Positions 46,584 through 54,719 of a DNA stretch of 62,654 nucleotides are shown here, one piece after another (the first letter of the stretch is position 1; each line of letters begins with the position of its first letter). The stretch is from Candidatus Parcubacteria bacterium (GTDB taxonomy: Bacteria > Patescibacteriota > Saccharimonadia > UBA4664 > JAHWKN01). The notes below the pieces were generated by a model. The model ran no database searches, was not told the DNA's origin, and worked only from the letters and a program-made list of their open reading frames with translations. The stretch covers positions 1 through 62,654 of the forward strand of contig JAHWKN010000002.1 of assembly GCA_019347875.1 (NCBI GenBank), read 5' to 3'. A program made the position numbers and the translations under genes.

Positions 46584-47926
46584 AATCAGCCGTGAGGGTA
46601 GCCATTTTGGGTTTTGGGGTGGAGGGGCGCTCAGCCTTTGCGTACTGGCGCTCGGCCGGCGCCGAGATAACTATCTGCGACGCCAACCCTAAGCTGAAGG
46701 TACCCGGCGGCGCCCAAACCAGGTTGGGGCCGGAGTACTTAACCGGGCTGGAGAGTTTTGACTTGATTGTGCGCTCTCCGGGGGTGCGGCCGCCTGAGAT
46801 TATGGCGGCTAACCCGAACTTGCAGCCAGAAAAGATCACCTCGGTGACGCGGGAGTTTTTAGCCAAATGCCCGTCCCCGGTGATCGGTGTCACCGGTACT
46901 AAGGGTAAGGGTACGACCGCCACCCTGATCGCCAAAATTCTGGAGGCGGCCGGTCGCAAGGTCTGGCTGGGCGGCAACATTGGGCGGCCGGCGCTGGACT
47001 TTCTGGCTGACGTCAAGCCCACGGACTACGCGGTACTGGAGCTATCGAGCTTCCAGCTGATTGATGCCACCCAAAGCCCGCAAACAGGCGTTATCCTGAT
47101 GATCGCGCCGGATCACCAGAACTGGCACGCCGATATGAGAGAGTACGTCGCAGCTAAGGGCAATCTGGTGCGTTTCCAGGCCGCCAACCACATGGTCGTA
47201 TACAACGCCCAGAACCGCTTCTCAAGCGACCTGGCGCAGCTGTCTCAAGGGCGGAAGGTGCCGTATGCGGTCGGGCAATCGACAGCAGGCAACAGGCAGG
47301 ATGAGGCCGGGGCTTACATTAAAGGCGGACAGATCTGGATGGATAAGATTCCTATCTGTTCGACGGGTGAGGTGCGCCTGCTGGGCCGGCATAATCTGGA
47401 GAACGTCTGCGCCGCTGTGGCGGCTACCTGGCCGGTCGTCCAGGATCCCGCACCCATTAAGCGGGCAATTGCGGCTTTTACCGGCCTGCCGCACCGGCTG
47501 GAGTCGGTAGGCGAGGTGGGCGGCGTGCGCTACATCGACGACTCGTTTTCGGTTGTTCCGGATGCCGCCATGGCGGCCATACGTTCGTTTGCTGAGCCAA
47601 AGGTTGTTGTTCTGGGAGGATCGGACAAAGGGGCCGAGTTCGAAGCTTTAGCCCGCACAGTCAAAGACAGTAACGTTAAGGCCTGCCTGGTGATCGGCGA
47701 GGTGGCTCCCAAGATTGCGGCCGCTCTCGACGCGGCCGGTTTTAGCGATTACGTCACCGGCTTAAGTGACATGCCGGGCGTGCTGAGAGCGGCGGCAGTA
47801 GCCGCGGCACCCGGCGACGTGGTACTGCTGTCGCCCGGTTGTGCCAGTTTTGGCCTGTTTCGGGACTATAAAGACCGGGGTGAGCGGTTTAAGGCTGCGG
47901 TTAGCGCGCTGGCGGGCGAGCAATGA
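46580..47926 (+). CDS. murD: UDP-N-acetylmuramoyl-L-alanine--glutamate ligase (MurD or MurD2-type)
   Basis: GFGVEGRS N-terminal Rossmann-like fold, GVTGTKGKGTT P-loop, Mur ligase middle and C-terminal domains. Confidence 0.9.
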   Translation: MKSAVRVAILGFGVEGRSAFAYWRSAGAEITICDANPKLKVPGGAQTRLGPEYLTGLESFDLIVRSPGVRPPEIMAANPNLQPEKITSVTREFLAKCPSPVIGVTGTKGKGTTATLIAKILEAAGRKVWLGGNIGRPALDFLADVKPTDYAVLELSSFQLIDATQSPQTGVILMIAPDHQNWHADMREYVAAKGNLVRFQAANHMVVYNAQNRFSSDLAQLSQGRKVPYAVGQSTAGNRQDEAGAYIKGGQIWMDKIPICSTGEVRLLGRHNLENVCAAVAATWPVVQDPAPIKRAIAAFTGLPHRLESVGEVGGVRYIDDSFSVVPDAAMAAIRSFAEPKVVVLGGSDKGAEFEALARTVKDSNVKACLVIGEVAPKIAAALDAAGFSDYVTGLSDMPGVLRAAAVAAAPGDVVLLSPGCASFGLFRDYKDRGERFKAAVSALAGEQ

Positions 47927-49212
47927 TAGAGCGGTACGAGACGTTTATCTTTGAGAAGTACCATTTTGATGCCGACCAGAAGGTGCTGGAGTTGCATTAC
48001 TCGTTCGACGAGCGGGTTTATTTTACCGAAAAGTTCGAGTTCGGTTTTGATTTCGTTCCCTATAACCCCGAAGCTCTTAATAAAGCCCTGTTCGGGCTGT
48101 TTGTGATGGCCGGGGTTTCTTACTACAAAGCAGCTTTACCTCCTAAGATTGTCCTAAAGCAGGGGAGTCTAAGCGCGCAGCAGGCGCGGTTCTTTAGTCA
48201 GACCTACCGTTTAGGCCTGGGGGAGTTCTTTTACCGCAACCAGCTTGATCCGAACATCCCGATTGAGTTTCCGGTAGCAGGCGCTGACACGGCCGAGCCG
48301 GTGGAGGTGCGCGGCCTGGAGGGTAACCTGGTGCCGATAGGCGGCGGCAAAGACTCGATTGTTACGGCTGAGCTGTTGCGCGAGGCTGGTGTCGATTTTG
48401 CCACCTGGAATGTGGGGGATGATGAGCTGCTGCGGCCGCTCGTAAAGCGCCTGGGCCAGCCGCACTATCAAGTGAAGCGCACGGTGGATCGGGAGCTGGT
48501 ACGGCTGAACGCAGCCGGGGCGCTGAACGGGCACGTGCCCGTCTCGGCCATTCTGGCGTTCCTGGCGGTGGGTTGCGCCATCTTGACTGGGCGGCAGAAC
48601 GTGGTGGCCTCGGAGGAGTGGTCCGCCGGTGAGGGTAACCTGGTCTACCGGGGGGCGCCGATTAACCACCAATACTCCAAATCGTTGGCTTTTGAGCAAA
48701 ATTTTCAGTCGTACCTAAAGGAGTTTATTTCGCCGTCAATCCAGTACTTTTCCCTGCTGCGGCCGCTCAGCGAACTAAAGATTGCCGAGGTTTTTTGCCG
48801 GCGCTACCTGGACCGCTACAAGGGGGTGTTTTCGTCCTGTAACCGTAACTTTCGCTTTACTCAGCGACAGCCGTTTGGCTGGTGCGGGCGGTGCCCTAAA
48901 TGCGCCTTCGTGTACCTGATTTTCGCACCGTTTGCACCCAAAGAGGCGCTGGTGCGGCTGTTTGGGTGTAAACTGTTTGAGTCAGCCGATCTGGACCAAA
49001 CCTACGCGGAGCTGCTGGGGCTACGCGGGCACAAACCGTTTGAGTGCGTCGGCGAAACCCTTGAATGCCGGCAGGCGGTTGTCATGGCCGCCGCCACCGG
49101 ACGGTATCCCGAGCTGGGCCGGTATCGGTTTGAGCCGCCTGGTTTTGACTACAACCAGCGGCACGCCGCGGCTATGCCGGCCGCTTTTCAGGCGGTGATT
49201 GATCGTTTATGA
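47923..49212 (+). CDS. PP-loop-like protein coupled to murD; candidate MurL-type UDP-MurNAc-L-Ala-L-Glu epimerase
   Basis: ATGA overlap with murD. PIGGGKDS (SGGxDS-like ATP pyrophosphatase motif) and WCGRCPKCAFVY near the C-terminus. 429 aa. Confidence 0.45.
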   Translation: MIERYETFIFEKYHFDADQKVLELHYSFDERVYFTEKFEFGFDFVPYNPEALNKALFGLFVMAGVSYYKAALPPKIVLKQGSLSAQQARFFSQTYRLGLGEFFYRNQLDPNIPIEFPVAGADTAEPVEVRGLEGNLVPIGGGKDSIVTAELLREAGVDFATWNVGDDELLRPLVKRLGQPHYQVKRTVDRELVRLNAAGALNGHVPVSAILAFLAVGCAILTGRQNVVASEEWSAGEGNLVYRGAPINHQYSKSLAFEQNFQSYLKEFISPSIQYFSLLRPLSELKIAEVFCRRYLDRYKGVFSSCNRNFRFTQRQPFGWCGRCPKCAFVYLIFAPFAPKEALVRLFGCKLFESADLDQTYAELLGLRGHKPFECVGETLECRQAVVMAAATGRYPELGRYRFEPPGFDYNQRHAAAMPAAFQAVIDRL

Positions 49213-50015
49213 CGAAAAAACGGGTGGTTATCATCACCGGCGTTTCCAGCGGTATCGGCCTGGCCACGGCCAGGCGGTTTATTGAGAACGGCTGGGTCGC
49301 GGTTGGCACGGTGCGCACCCGCCCGTATCCGGCCGAGCTGGCCGCTCTGGCGGTTGACATCCAGCTGGCCGACATGACCCGTCCGGCGGATCTGGCGCGG
49401 GTGGTAGCTAAAACCAAGGCCACCTACGGCCGCATCGACGCACTGGTGGCCAACGCCGGCTACGGGCTGGCTGGGCCGCTCGAGTCGCTGAGCTACCCGC
49501 AGATCAGCGATCAGCTGGCGGTGAACGTGGCCGCCGCGGCCGAGCTGGCCCGCTTGGTGATTCCGATTATGCGCAGTGCGGGCGGCGGGGTGATTGTAGC
49601 GGTCTCAAGCCTGGCGGGACGCATGGGTATCCCCGGTTACGGCGTTTACAGTGCCACCAAGTTTGCGCTGGAGGGGCTGTTCGAATCGCTTTGGTACGAG
49701 GTCAGAGGCTTGAACATCCGCTTGCGCCTGATTGAGCCCAGTAACGTTAAGAGCCCGTTCTGGAGCAAGGGGCTGGTAGCATCTTCGAAACGACGGTCGT
49801 ACCCGGCTATCAGCCGAAGTCTTAGTCACACCATCAAGGCCGGGGCGTCGGGGTTGAGCACCGAAACGATCGCCCGGCGGATTTACGCCGCTACCATCAG
49901 CGGTTCGGACCGGCTGCATTATCCGGTGGGGTGGACCTGGGCCGCGGTCTTAGCTAAGCGCTTTTTGCCTGACCGCTGGTTTCGGCGGCTGGCGCGGCGC
50001 ATCAGTCAAACATAG
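49209..50015 (+). CDS. Short-chain dehydrogenase/reductase (SDR)
   Basis: TGVSSGIGLA cofactor motif and catalytic YSATK. ATGA overlap with the upstream gene. Confidence 0.88.
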   Translation: MTKKRVVIITGVSSGIGLATARRFIENGWVAVGTVRTRPYPAELAALAVDIQLADMTRPADLARVVAKTKATYGRIDALVANAGYGLAGPLESLSYPQISDQLAVNVAAAAELARLVIPIMRSAGGGVIVAVSSLAGRMGIPGYGVYSATKFALEGLFESLWYEVRGLNIRLRLIEPSNVKSPFWSKGLVASSKRRSYPAISRSLSHTIKAGASGLSTETIARRIYAATISGSDRLHYPVGWTWAAVLAKRFLPDRWFRRLARRISQT

Positions 50016-50047
50016 AGCTGTTCAATCGACCGCTACCCCGGCTGGAA

Positions 50048-50070
50048 GTAAGCCAGCCGGTCAAGATAAA
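50048..50070 (+). terminator. Hairpin after the SDR gene
   Basis: CCGGCTGG-AAGTAAG-CCAGCCGG. Confidence 0.5.
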
Positions 50071-50233
50071 ACTGTAGTTTAGACCTAAAGCCTGCTTGTT
50101 GGCGGGCTATATTTTTTATGTTTAAGCAATCTAATATGGAATAACCGCCAACTTTCGCGTCTTCAGCGCTATGCCTGGAGGTACTATCTGCTATGTGCAA
50201 ACTTCCAGCCTTGGGAAAAATGCACAAAAAGCG

Positions 50234-50262
50234 TTGACAAAGCCAGCGCAATATGCTATGTT
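50234..50262 (+). promoter_or_regulatory. Promoter in an AT-rich spacer
   Basis: TTGACA (50234-50239), 17 nt, TATGTT (50257-50262). A structured leader of about 300 nt follows. Confidence 0.5.
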
Positions 50263-50386
50263 TAGTTATCTTCGTTTTTACGGACTGACGAGTGAGGTGG
50301 AAAAGCTTAAAACAGGTCTAGTCTAGACCGCTCCAGACCTGGTCCCGCCGAATCCCTCTCCCGTCTGTCCGCAAAAGCGACGGCCC

Positions 50387-50417
50387 TTGACAGTCGAATA
50401 GTCAAAGATCGTTAACC
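50387..50417. repeat. Left arm of an inverted repeat (partner 52024-52053)
   Basis: TTGACAGTCGAATAGTCAAAGATCGTTAA compared with the reverse complement of the partner, CAGTCAATCGAATAGTCAAAAACCGTTAA. 13-nt perfect core TCGAATAGTCAAA. Confidence 0.55.
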
Positions 50418-50566
50418 GCCCCGGGGCAACTTGGGGCGAAGAGGTCTGCCCGCTGCGGGCGGAACTCTGCCAGCGTTGCTGCTTGCCGCCCAGGCAGCGC
50501 GTTGGCAGGCTTCTGTCCATAGTGAGGCAGATCGGATTGCCGTATACGGCTACGAGATGAGGTGTC

Positions 50567-50743
50567 ATGGCTTTTGATATGCGCAAATGGGGAATTAGAC
50601 TCTTATTTGTGAGCATCGGAATGGCGATGGCCGCAGCACTCAGGGATTGGAATCCTGGCGTAGCTGTAGCCATCTCCCGTTTTTCGTTAGCGGTGGTTAT
50701 CATTGCCGCTTTCGTCTGGCTCTGGCGCTTCTTTCGCCGATAG
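50567..50743 (+). CDS. 58-aa two-TM membrane peptide (below the ORF-track cutoff)
   Basis: ATG 50567 behind GAGGTG. MAFDMRKWGIRLLFVSIGMAMAAALRDWNPGVAVAISRFSLAVVIIAAFVWLWRFFRR. Confidence 0.5.
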   Translation: MAFDMRKWGIRLLFVSIGMAMAAALRDWNPGVAVAISRFSLAVVIIAAFVWLWRFFRR

Positions 50744-50831
50744 CCTAAACCAAAGCAATCGAGCGCTTTCTTTTAAGGAGGGACTAACACCTCTCCTGCT
50801 AACTTCTGACCACAAACCTCCAGGAGGAACC

Positions 50832-51929
50832 ATGAGCAAGAAGAAGGCAGAAACCTTGACTGCGCAAGGCAGTCCACTCACAGACGACGAGAGACGAGCG
50901 TTCGAGGCGATCGTCGCCACCACCTCTGACGACCTCAGTGGTGTGTCCGGTTACGATTGGGGCGGCAACGCCCATGCCCGCGTCATCAGCGACTTCATCG
51001 ACGACATGCCGGACGAGCCCGTCAGGAAGCCCAGGAACAAGCTCTTCATGATCAGCGGCCTCCTGGCGGCAGCGGCCGCCCTGGTCGTCATCCGGCCGAA
51101 CATCCCGTTCGAGTCGCTCGAGGTTCCCTCGTTCGACGTCCCGCCGGCTTCCACCCTCTACACCGCCGGCGGCTTGCTGGCCTTGTTGATCGGCTGGTCG
51201 CTCGCGAGCAAGTACCGCGGCCGGTTCCATCCCATCCAGCTCCTTCGGAAGCGTTTGCGGGCACTGGACGTGGGCGGGGTCGTCCTTCCGGTGCTGGTGG
51301 TCGCCGCCCTCGTGGCCGGCGGCTGGTACTTCACCAGGACCGACTCCGAGCAGCCGGCGAAGGCCGAGGCTCCCGCCGACCAGGCGGAGATCATTCCGCC
51401 AGAGGCTCCGGCCGACGCCATCCTGCCGCCGGCGACACTCGAGGCAGAACCGGCAGCACCGCCGGTCATCGTTCCCGATCAGTCGGCGGCGGGTGTCTCC
51501 ACTGGCCAGGCAACCGCGACGCGCAGCAACTCCGCCACGGACACCAAGACAAGTACCCGTACGGGTACCCAGACAGGTCCGAGCGGCAACACGCGGGTCA
51601 GTACCGGTACCGGAACCAACACCGGAACCAACACCAACCCCGGAACCGTGTCCCAGCAGCCTCAGCAGTCGAGGAACGAGGGCAACATCGGCAACGGCAG
51701 TCCGCCTCCGCCTCCGCCTTCCGGCGGGGGACAGCCGGCGACCAAGCCGCAGACCAAGCCTAAGGCACCGGCCGCCCAGCCTCCGGCAGACAGCAACCGC
51801 AACGGTTCCGGTTCCACCAACTCCGGCGGGTACACCGATCCGGACAACGGCGGAGAAACCGGCACCGGCAGTCCCCACGCGGGCGACGACGTTCCCCAGA
51901 GCGGGGGCAACAGCGAGGACGGCATCTAG
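50832..51929 (+). CDS. Membrane protein with 3 TM segments and a ~190-aa disordered Pro/Thr/Gly/Asn-rich tail
   Basis: ATG 50832 lies 5 nt after AGGAGG. Hydrophobic segments are LFMISGLLAAAAALVVI, LYTAGGLLALLIGWSLA and VVLPVLVVAALVAGGWYF. The tail is low-complexity. Confidence 0.7.
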   Translation: MSKKKAETLTAQGSPLTDDERRAFEAIVATTSDDLSGVSGYDWGGNAHARVISDFIDDMPDEPVRKPRNKLFMISGLLAAAAALVVIRPNIPFESLEVPSFDVPPASTLYTAGGLLALLIGWSLASKYRGRFHPIQLLRKRLRALDVGGVVLPVLVVAALVAGGWYFTRTDSEQPAKAEAPADQAEIIPPEAPADAILPPATLEAEPAAPPVIVPDQSAAGVSTGQATATRSNSATDTKTSTRTGTQTGPSGNTRVSTGTGTNTGTNTNPGTVSQQPQQSRNEGNIGNGSPPPPPPSGGGQPATKPQTKPKAPAAQPPADSNRNGSGSTNSGGYTDPDNGGETGTGSPHAGDDVPQSGGNSEDGI

Positions 51930-52023
51930 CCCTCACCCCCCAACGGCTACGCCGAACAGCCGCAACGGTTCGGCAACGAGGATCGGGAGGGTCGCCCAGG
52001 CGACCCTCCCTCCTCAAGACATT

Positions 52024-52053
52024 TTAACGGTTTTTGACTATTCGATTGACTGG
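52024..52053. repeat. Right arm of the inverted repeat (partner 50387-50417)
   Basis: TTAACGGTTTTTGACTATTCGATTGACTGG. Confidence 0.55.
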
Positions 52054-52159
52054 GAGCCAAGCGCTCTTTAACAACCAGGTCTCATCCAACCAGAACTTTT
52101 CAATTTAAAATCTTCGGTTTTGGAAGCAAAGCTGAAGATAAGTCCTTTAAGGAGAATCC

Positions 52160-53413
52160 ATGAAACATTTAACGTTCAAACAGCGCATGGTCGCCGTGGC
52201 CGGTATTCTGGCCATCGCGTCCGCCTTTGCGCTGCCGGCCGCGCGTAAAGCGCTAGCGGCCGACTGTGACACCAACGCCATCATTTACTGTGGCGCTGAC
52301 AACAAACCAACCCTAAAAGCCCGTATGAACCGTGACGGCCTCGGCCACACGGACGTAAAAACTATTTACCGTAACTTCGGCATTGACGTGACCGACGCCG
52401 GCATCGATGGAGCCGTTGAGGGTACGATCACCAAAGATGGCCGCGTACTGGTCAACGGCGTGGTTAAGGCGACCAACGTTTGGACCGCCGGCCGCCACAA
52501 CATTGCCGGTTCGGTGCCCGTCGGCGGCGTTTACATGCGTCCGCCCTCGGTTTCCTTCCGCAGCAACTCGCTGCCGGCCTTCGTTAAGCTTAACGCTCAG
52601 GGCAACTTTGAGTGGGCGATCATTAAGTCTTGCGGTAACCCCGTAAAATCGATGAACCAGCCGTTTGGCGACATCAAAAAGCGGGTTACCAACGTGACGC
52701 GTGATCCCAACACCAAGCATGCGGCCGACACCAACGCCACCGCCATCGAGGTGCAGCGCGGCGACGAGCTGCGCTACGAGGTGACGATCAGCAACCTGGG
52801 TACCGGTACTATGGACGGGATCCGGATGACCGACACCCTGCCTAACGGCGTGGCCCTTAAGTCTAACCCCGCTATGCGTAACATCACCAAAGACTTTCAG
52901 CCGATTACGGCCGACAACTTTAGTTACTTCACCATTACGGTGAAGGTCGACAGCAACGTGGCAGACGGCGCGTACATTTCAAACCAAGCCTGTTTTGTCG
53001 CCAACAAGAATCAAAAAGGTTGTGACACGGCTGTGGTGAAGGTGAAGGTCCCCAAACAAACTCCGCCCAAGGAGCAGCCGCCCAAGTGTGAGGTTGACTG
53101 TGAGCAGCCTCCGAAAGAGCAGCCGCCTAAAGAGCAGCCGCCCAAGTGTGAGGTTGACTGCGAGCAGCCGCCCAAGGAGCAGCCGCCTAAAGAGCAGCCG
53201 CCCAAGTGCGAGGTTGACTGTGTCAACGTTCCGCCCACCACCCCTCCTGCCCAACCGCCTGTAGGCGGTGGCCAGCCTGAACTGCCGGACACCGGTGTTG
53301 AAGGCACGGCCGCCGGGCTGATGGGTACCGGCGCCCTTGGTTACACCGTCCGGTCCTACCTGCGCAGTAAGCGCGGTTTGGTTGACGCCGTCAAAGGCAT
53401 CAGCCAGCGTTAA
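52160..53413 (+). CDS. Sortase-anchored (LPXTG-type) surface protein with a DUF11-like repeat domain and Cys-containing tandem repeats
   Basis: Signal peptide MKHLTFKQRMVAVAGILAIASAFALPA, and an LPDTG motif followed by a hydrophobic stretch and the RSYLRSKR tail. GDELRYEVTISNLGTG..MTDTLPNGV resembles the conserved repeat (DUF11) domain. Confidence 0.8.
   Translation: MKHLTFKQRMVAVAGILAIASAFALPAARKALAADCDTNAIIYCGADNKPTLKARMNRDGLGHTDVKTIYRNFGIDVTDAGIDGAVEGTITKDGRVLVNGVVKATNVWTAGRHNIAGSVPVGGVYMRPPSVSFRSNSLPAFVKLNAQGNFEWAIIKSCGNPVKSMNQPFGDIKKRVTNVTRDPNTKHAADTNATAIEVQRGDELRYEVTISNLGTGTMDGIRMTDTLPNGVALKSNPAMRNITKDFQPITADNFSYFTITVKVDSNVADGAYISNQACFVANKNQKGCDTAVVKVKVPKQTPPKEQPPKCEVDCEQPPKEQPPKEQPPKCEVDCEQPPKEQPPKEQPPKCEVDCVNVPPTTPPAQPPVGGGQPELPDTGVEGTAAGLMGTGALGYTVRSYLRSKRGLVDAVKGISQR
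53081..53230. repeat. 60-nt tandem repeat, about 2.5 copies (PKCEVDCEQPPKEQPPKEQP units)
   Basis: Units at 53081-53140 and 53141-53200, and a partial unit at 53201-53230. Only a few synonymous-type differences between units. Confidence 0.9.
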
Positions 53414-53498
53414 GAGGTGATGAGACCTCGGGTTATGTGACAGGCCCCGGCAAGCGCGCCTTCGGGCGCGTGCCGAGGCGCTTGTCGCAAGATCAAGC

Positions 53499-53542
53499 CA
53501 AAGAGACCCCTTTCGGCGATTTCGCTGGTCGGGGTCTCTTTG
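53499..53542 (+). terminator. Hairpin terminator after the LPXTG gene
   Basis: CAAAGAGACCCC ... GGGGTCTCTTTG (12-bp stem, 20-nt loop). Confidence 0.6.
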
Positions 53543-53612
53543 TGGCTCGTCAGTACGGCTCTTGTTCGGGTTTAACTATGATCCGCTCAGGCGCCTGCGC
53601 TATAATGCCTTT

Positions 53613-54719
53613 ATGCAAGAACTAACCAAACAGCTACAAGAGCTGCTGGCCCGAATTCGCGCAGCCATGGTGCAGCTGGGCATCGCGGCTGATCAAGCGG
53701 AGCTTAGCCGGCTGGAGTCGGTCATGCAGGCGGCGGATTTTTGGGCCGACAGCGCCGCCGCCGCCGCGGTTTCGCAGCGAGCGGCCAGTTTAAGGAAACA
53801 CATCGAAGACTGGTCGAGGCTGGAGGCGGAGGCCGGGGAGGCGCTGGAGCTGGCCCGGCTGGGTGACGACGGTTTACGCGACGAGATCAGCGCTAGTTAC
53901 CGGCGGCTGGCGGGGGAGTACGCCCGCCGCGAGTTCGAGCTAAAACTGTCCGGCCCCTACGACAAGAACGCCGCCATCCTGTCGGTTTACGCCGGCACCG
54001 GCGGCACCGATGCCCAGGACTGGGCCGAGATGCTGTTGCGCATGTATCTGCGTTACGCGCAGGCTGCGGGGTTTAAAACCGACCTGCTCGACCAGTCGCC
54101 CGGCGAGGAGGCGGGGTTAAAGAGTGTGACGGCCGAGATCTCCGGTCCTTTTGCCTACGGCAAGCTCAAAAGCGAGAAGGGGGTACACCGTTTGGTGCGC
54201 CTGTCACCGTTTAACTCCGACAATCTGCGCCAGACTTCGTTTGCGCTGGTCGACGTGGTGCCGCAACTGGATCAGACGCAGGAGTTTGAGATCGATTCCA
54301 AAGAGCTGCGGGTGGACGTCTTCCGGGCGGGGGGGCACGGCGGCCAGTCGGTTAACACCACCGACTCAGCGGTGCGGATCACGCACCTGCCGACCGGTTT
54401 GGTGGTGGCGATCCAGAACGAGCGTTCCCAGCTGCAGAACAAAGAAAAAGCCATGGCCGTTCTCAAGGCCCGCTTGACCGCCTTAATGCTCGAGCAGCAC
54501 AAAGCGGAGGTGTCGGAGATTCGCGGCGCCACCCAGGCGGCGGCCTGGGGCAACCAGATCCGCTCTTACGTGCTGCATCCTTACACCAAGGTTAAAGACC
54601 ACCGCACCGGAGCCGAAACCGCCGCCGCCCAGGCGGTGCTGGACGGACAGCTGGATAGCTTCATCGAGGCCTACTTGCAGTCGCAGATCGGGGCGGAAGC
54701 GGTCGACGGTAGACAGTAG
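53613..54719 (+). CDS. prfB: Peptide chain release factor 2, single uninterrupted ORF
   Basis: SPF tripeptide (RLSPFNS) and GGQ ([10 protein letters not shown]). Start trimmed to ATG 53613, 6 nt after TATAAT. No programmed +1 frameshift. Confidence 0.93.
   Translation: MQELTKQLQELLARIRAAMVQLGIAADQAELSRLESVMQAADFWADSAAAAAVSQRAASLRKHIEDWSRLEAEAGEALELARLGDDGLRDEISASYRRLAGEYARREFELKLSGPYDKNAAILSVYAGTGGTDAQDWAEMLLRMYLRYAQAAGFKTDLLDQSPGEEAGLKSVTAEISGPFAYGKLKSEKGVHRLVRLSPFNSDNLRQTSFALVDVVPQLDQTQEFEIDSKELRVDVFRAGGHGGQSVNTTDSAVRITHLPTGLVVAIQNERSQLQNKEKAMAVLKARLTALMLEQHKAEVSEIRGATQAAAWGNQIRSYVLHPYTKVKDHRTGAETAAAQAVLDGQLDSFIEAYLQSQIGAEAVDGRQ

Noticed and set aside
46285-47022. 245-aa minus-strand ORF
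   Set aside because: It is antisense to the VanZ and murD genes, which have clear motifs. This is a low-complexity mirror-frame artefact.
50323-50703. 126-aa minus-strand ORF in the leader region
   Set aside because: It has no SD and an odd composition, and it overlaps the SD-preceded 58-aa + strand membrane peptide and the palindromic leader. Judged non-coding.
50799-51878. 359-aa minus-strand ORF and a 268-aa alternative + frame over the Pro/Thr-rich gene
   Set aside because: Both are Arg/Gly-rich off-frame readings of low-complexity GC-rich repeats. Only the 50832 frame has AGGAGG plus ATG and plausible TM segments.
53437-53625. 62-aa ORF between the LPXTG gene and prfB
   Set aside because: It runs through two terminator-type hairpins and the prfB promoter. 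It has no SD and an implausible sequence.
53613-53720. Looked for the programmed +1 frameshift (CUU UGA C with an upstream SD-like element) typical of prfB
   Set aside because: RF2 is encoded as one continuous frame from ATG 53613 with no early in-frame UGA, so autoregulatory frameshifting is absent here. Many bacteria lack it, so it is not remarkable.
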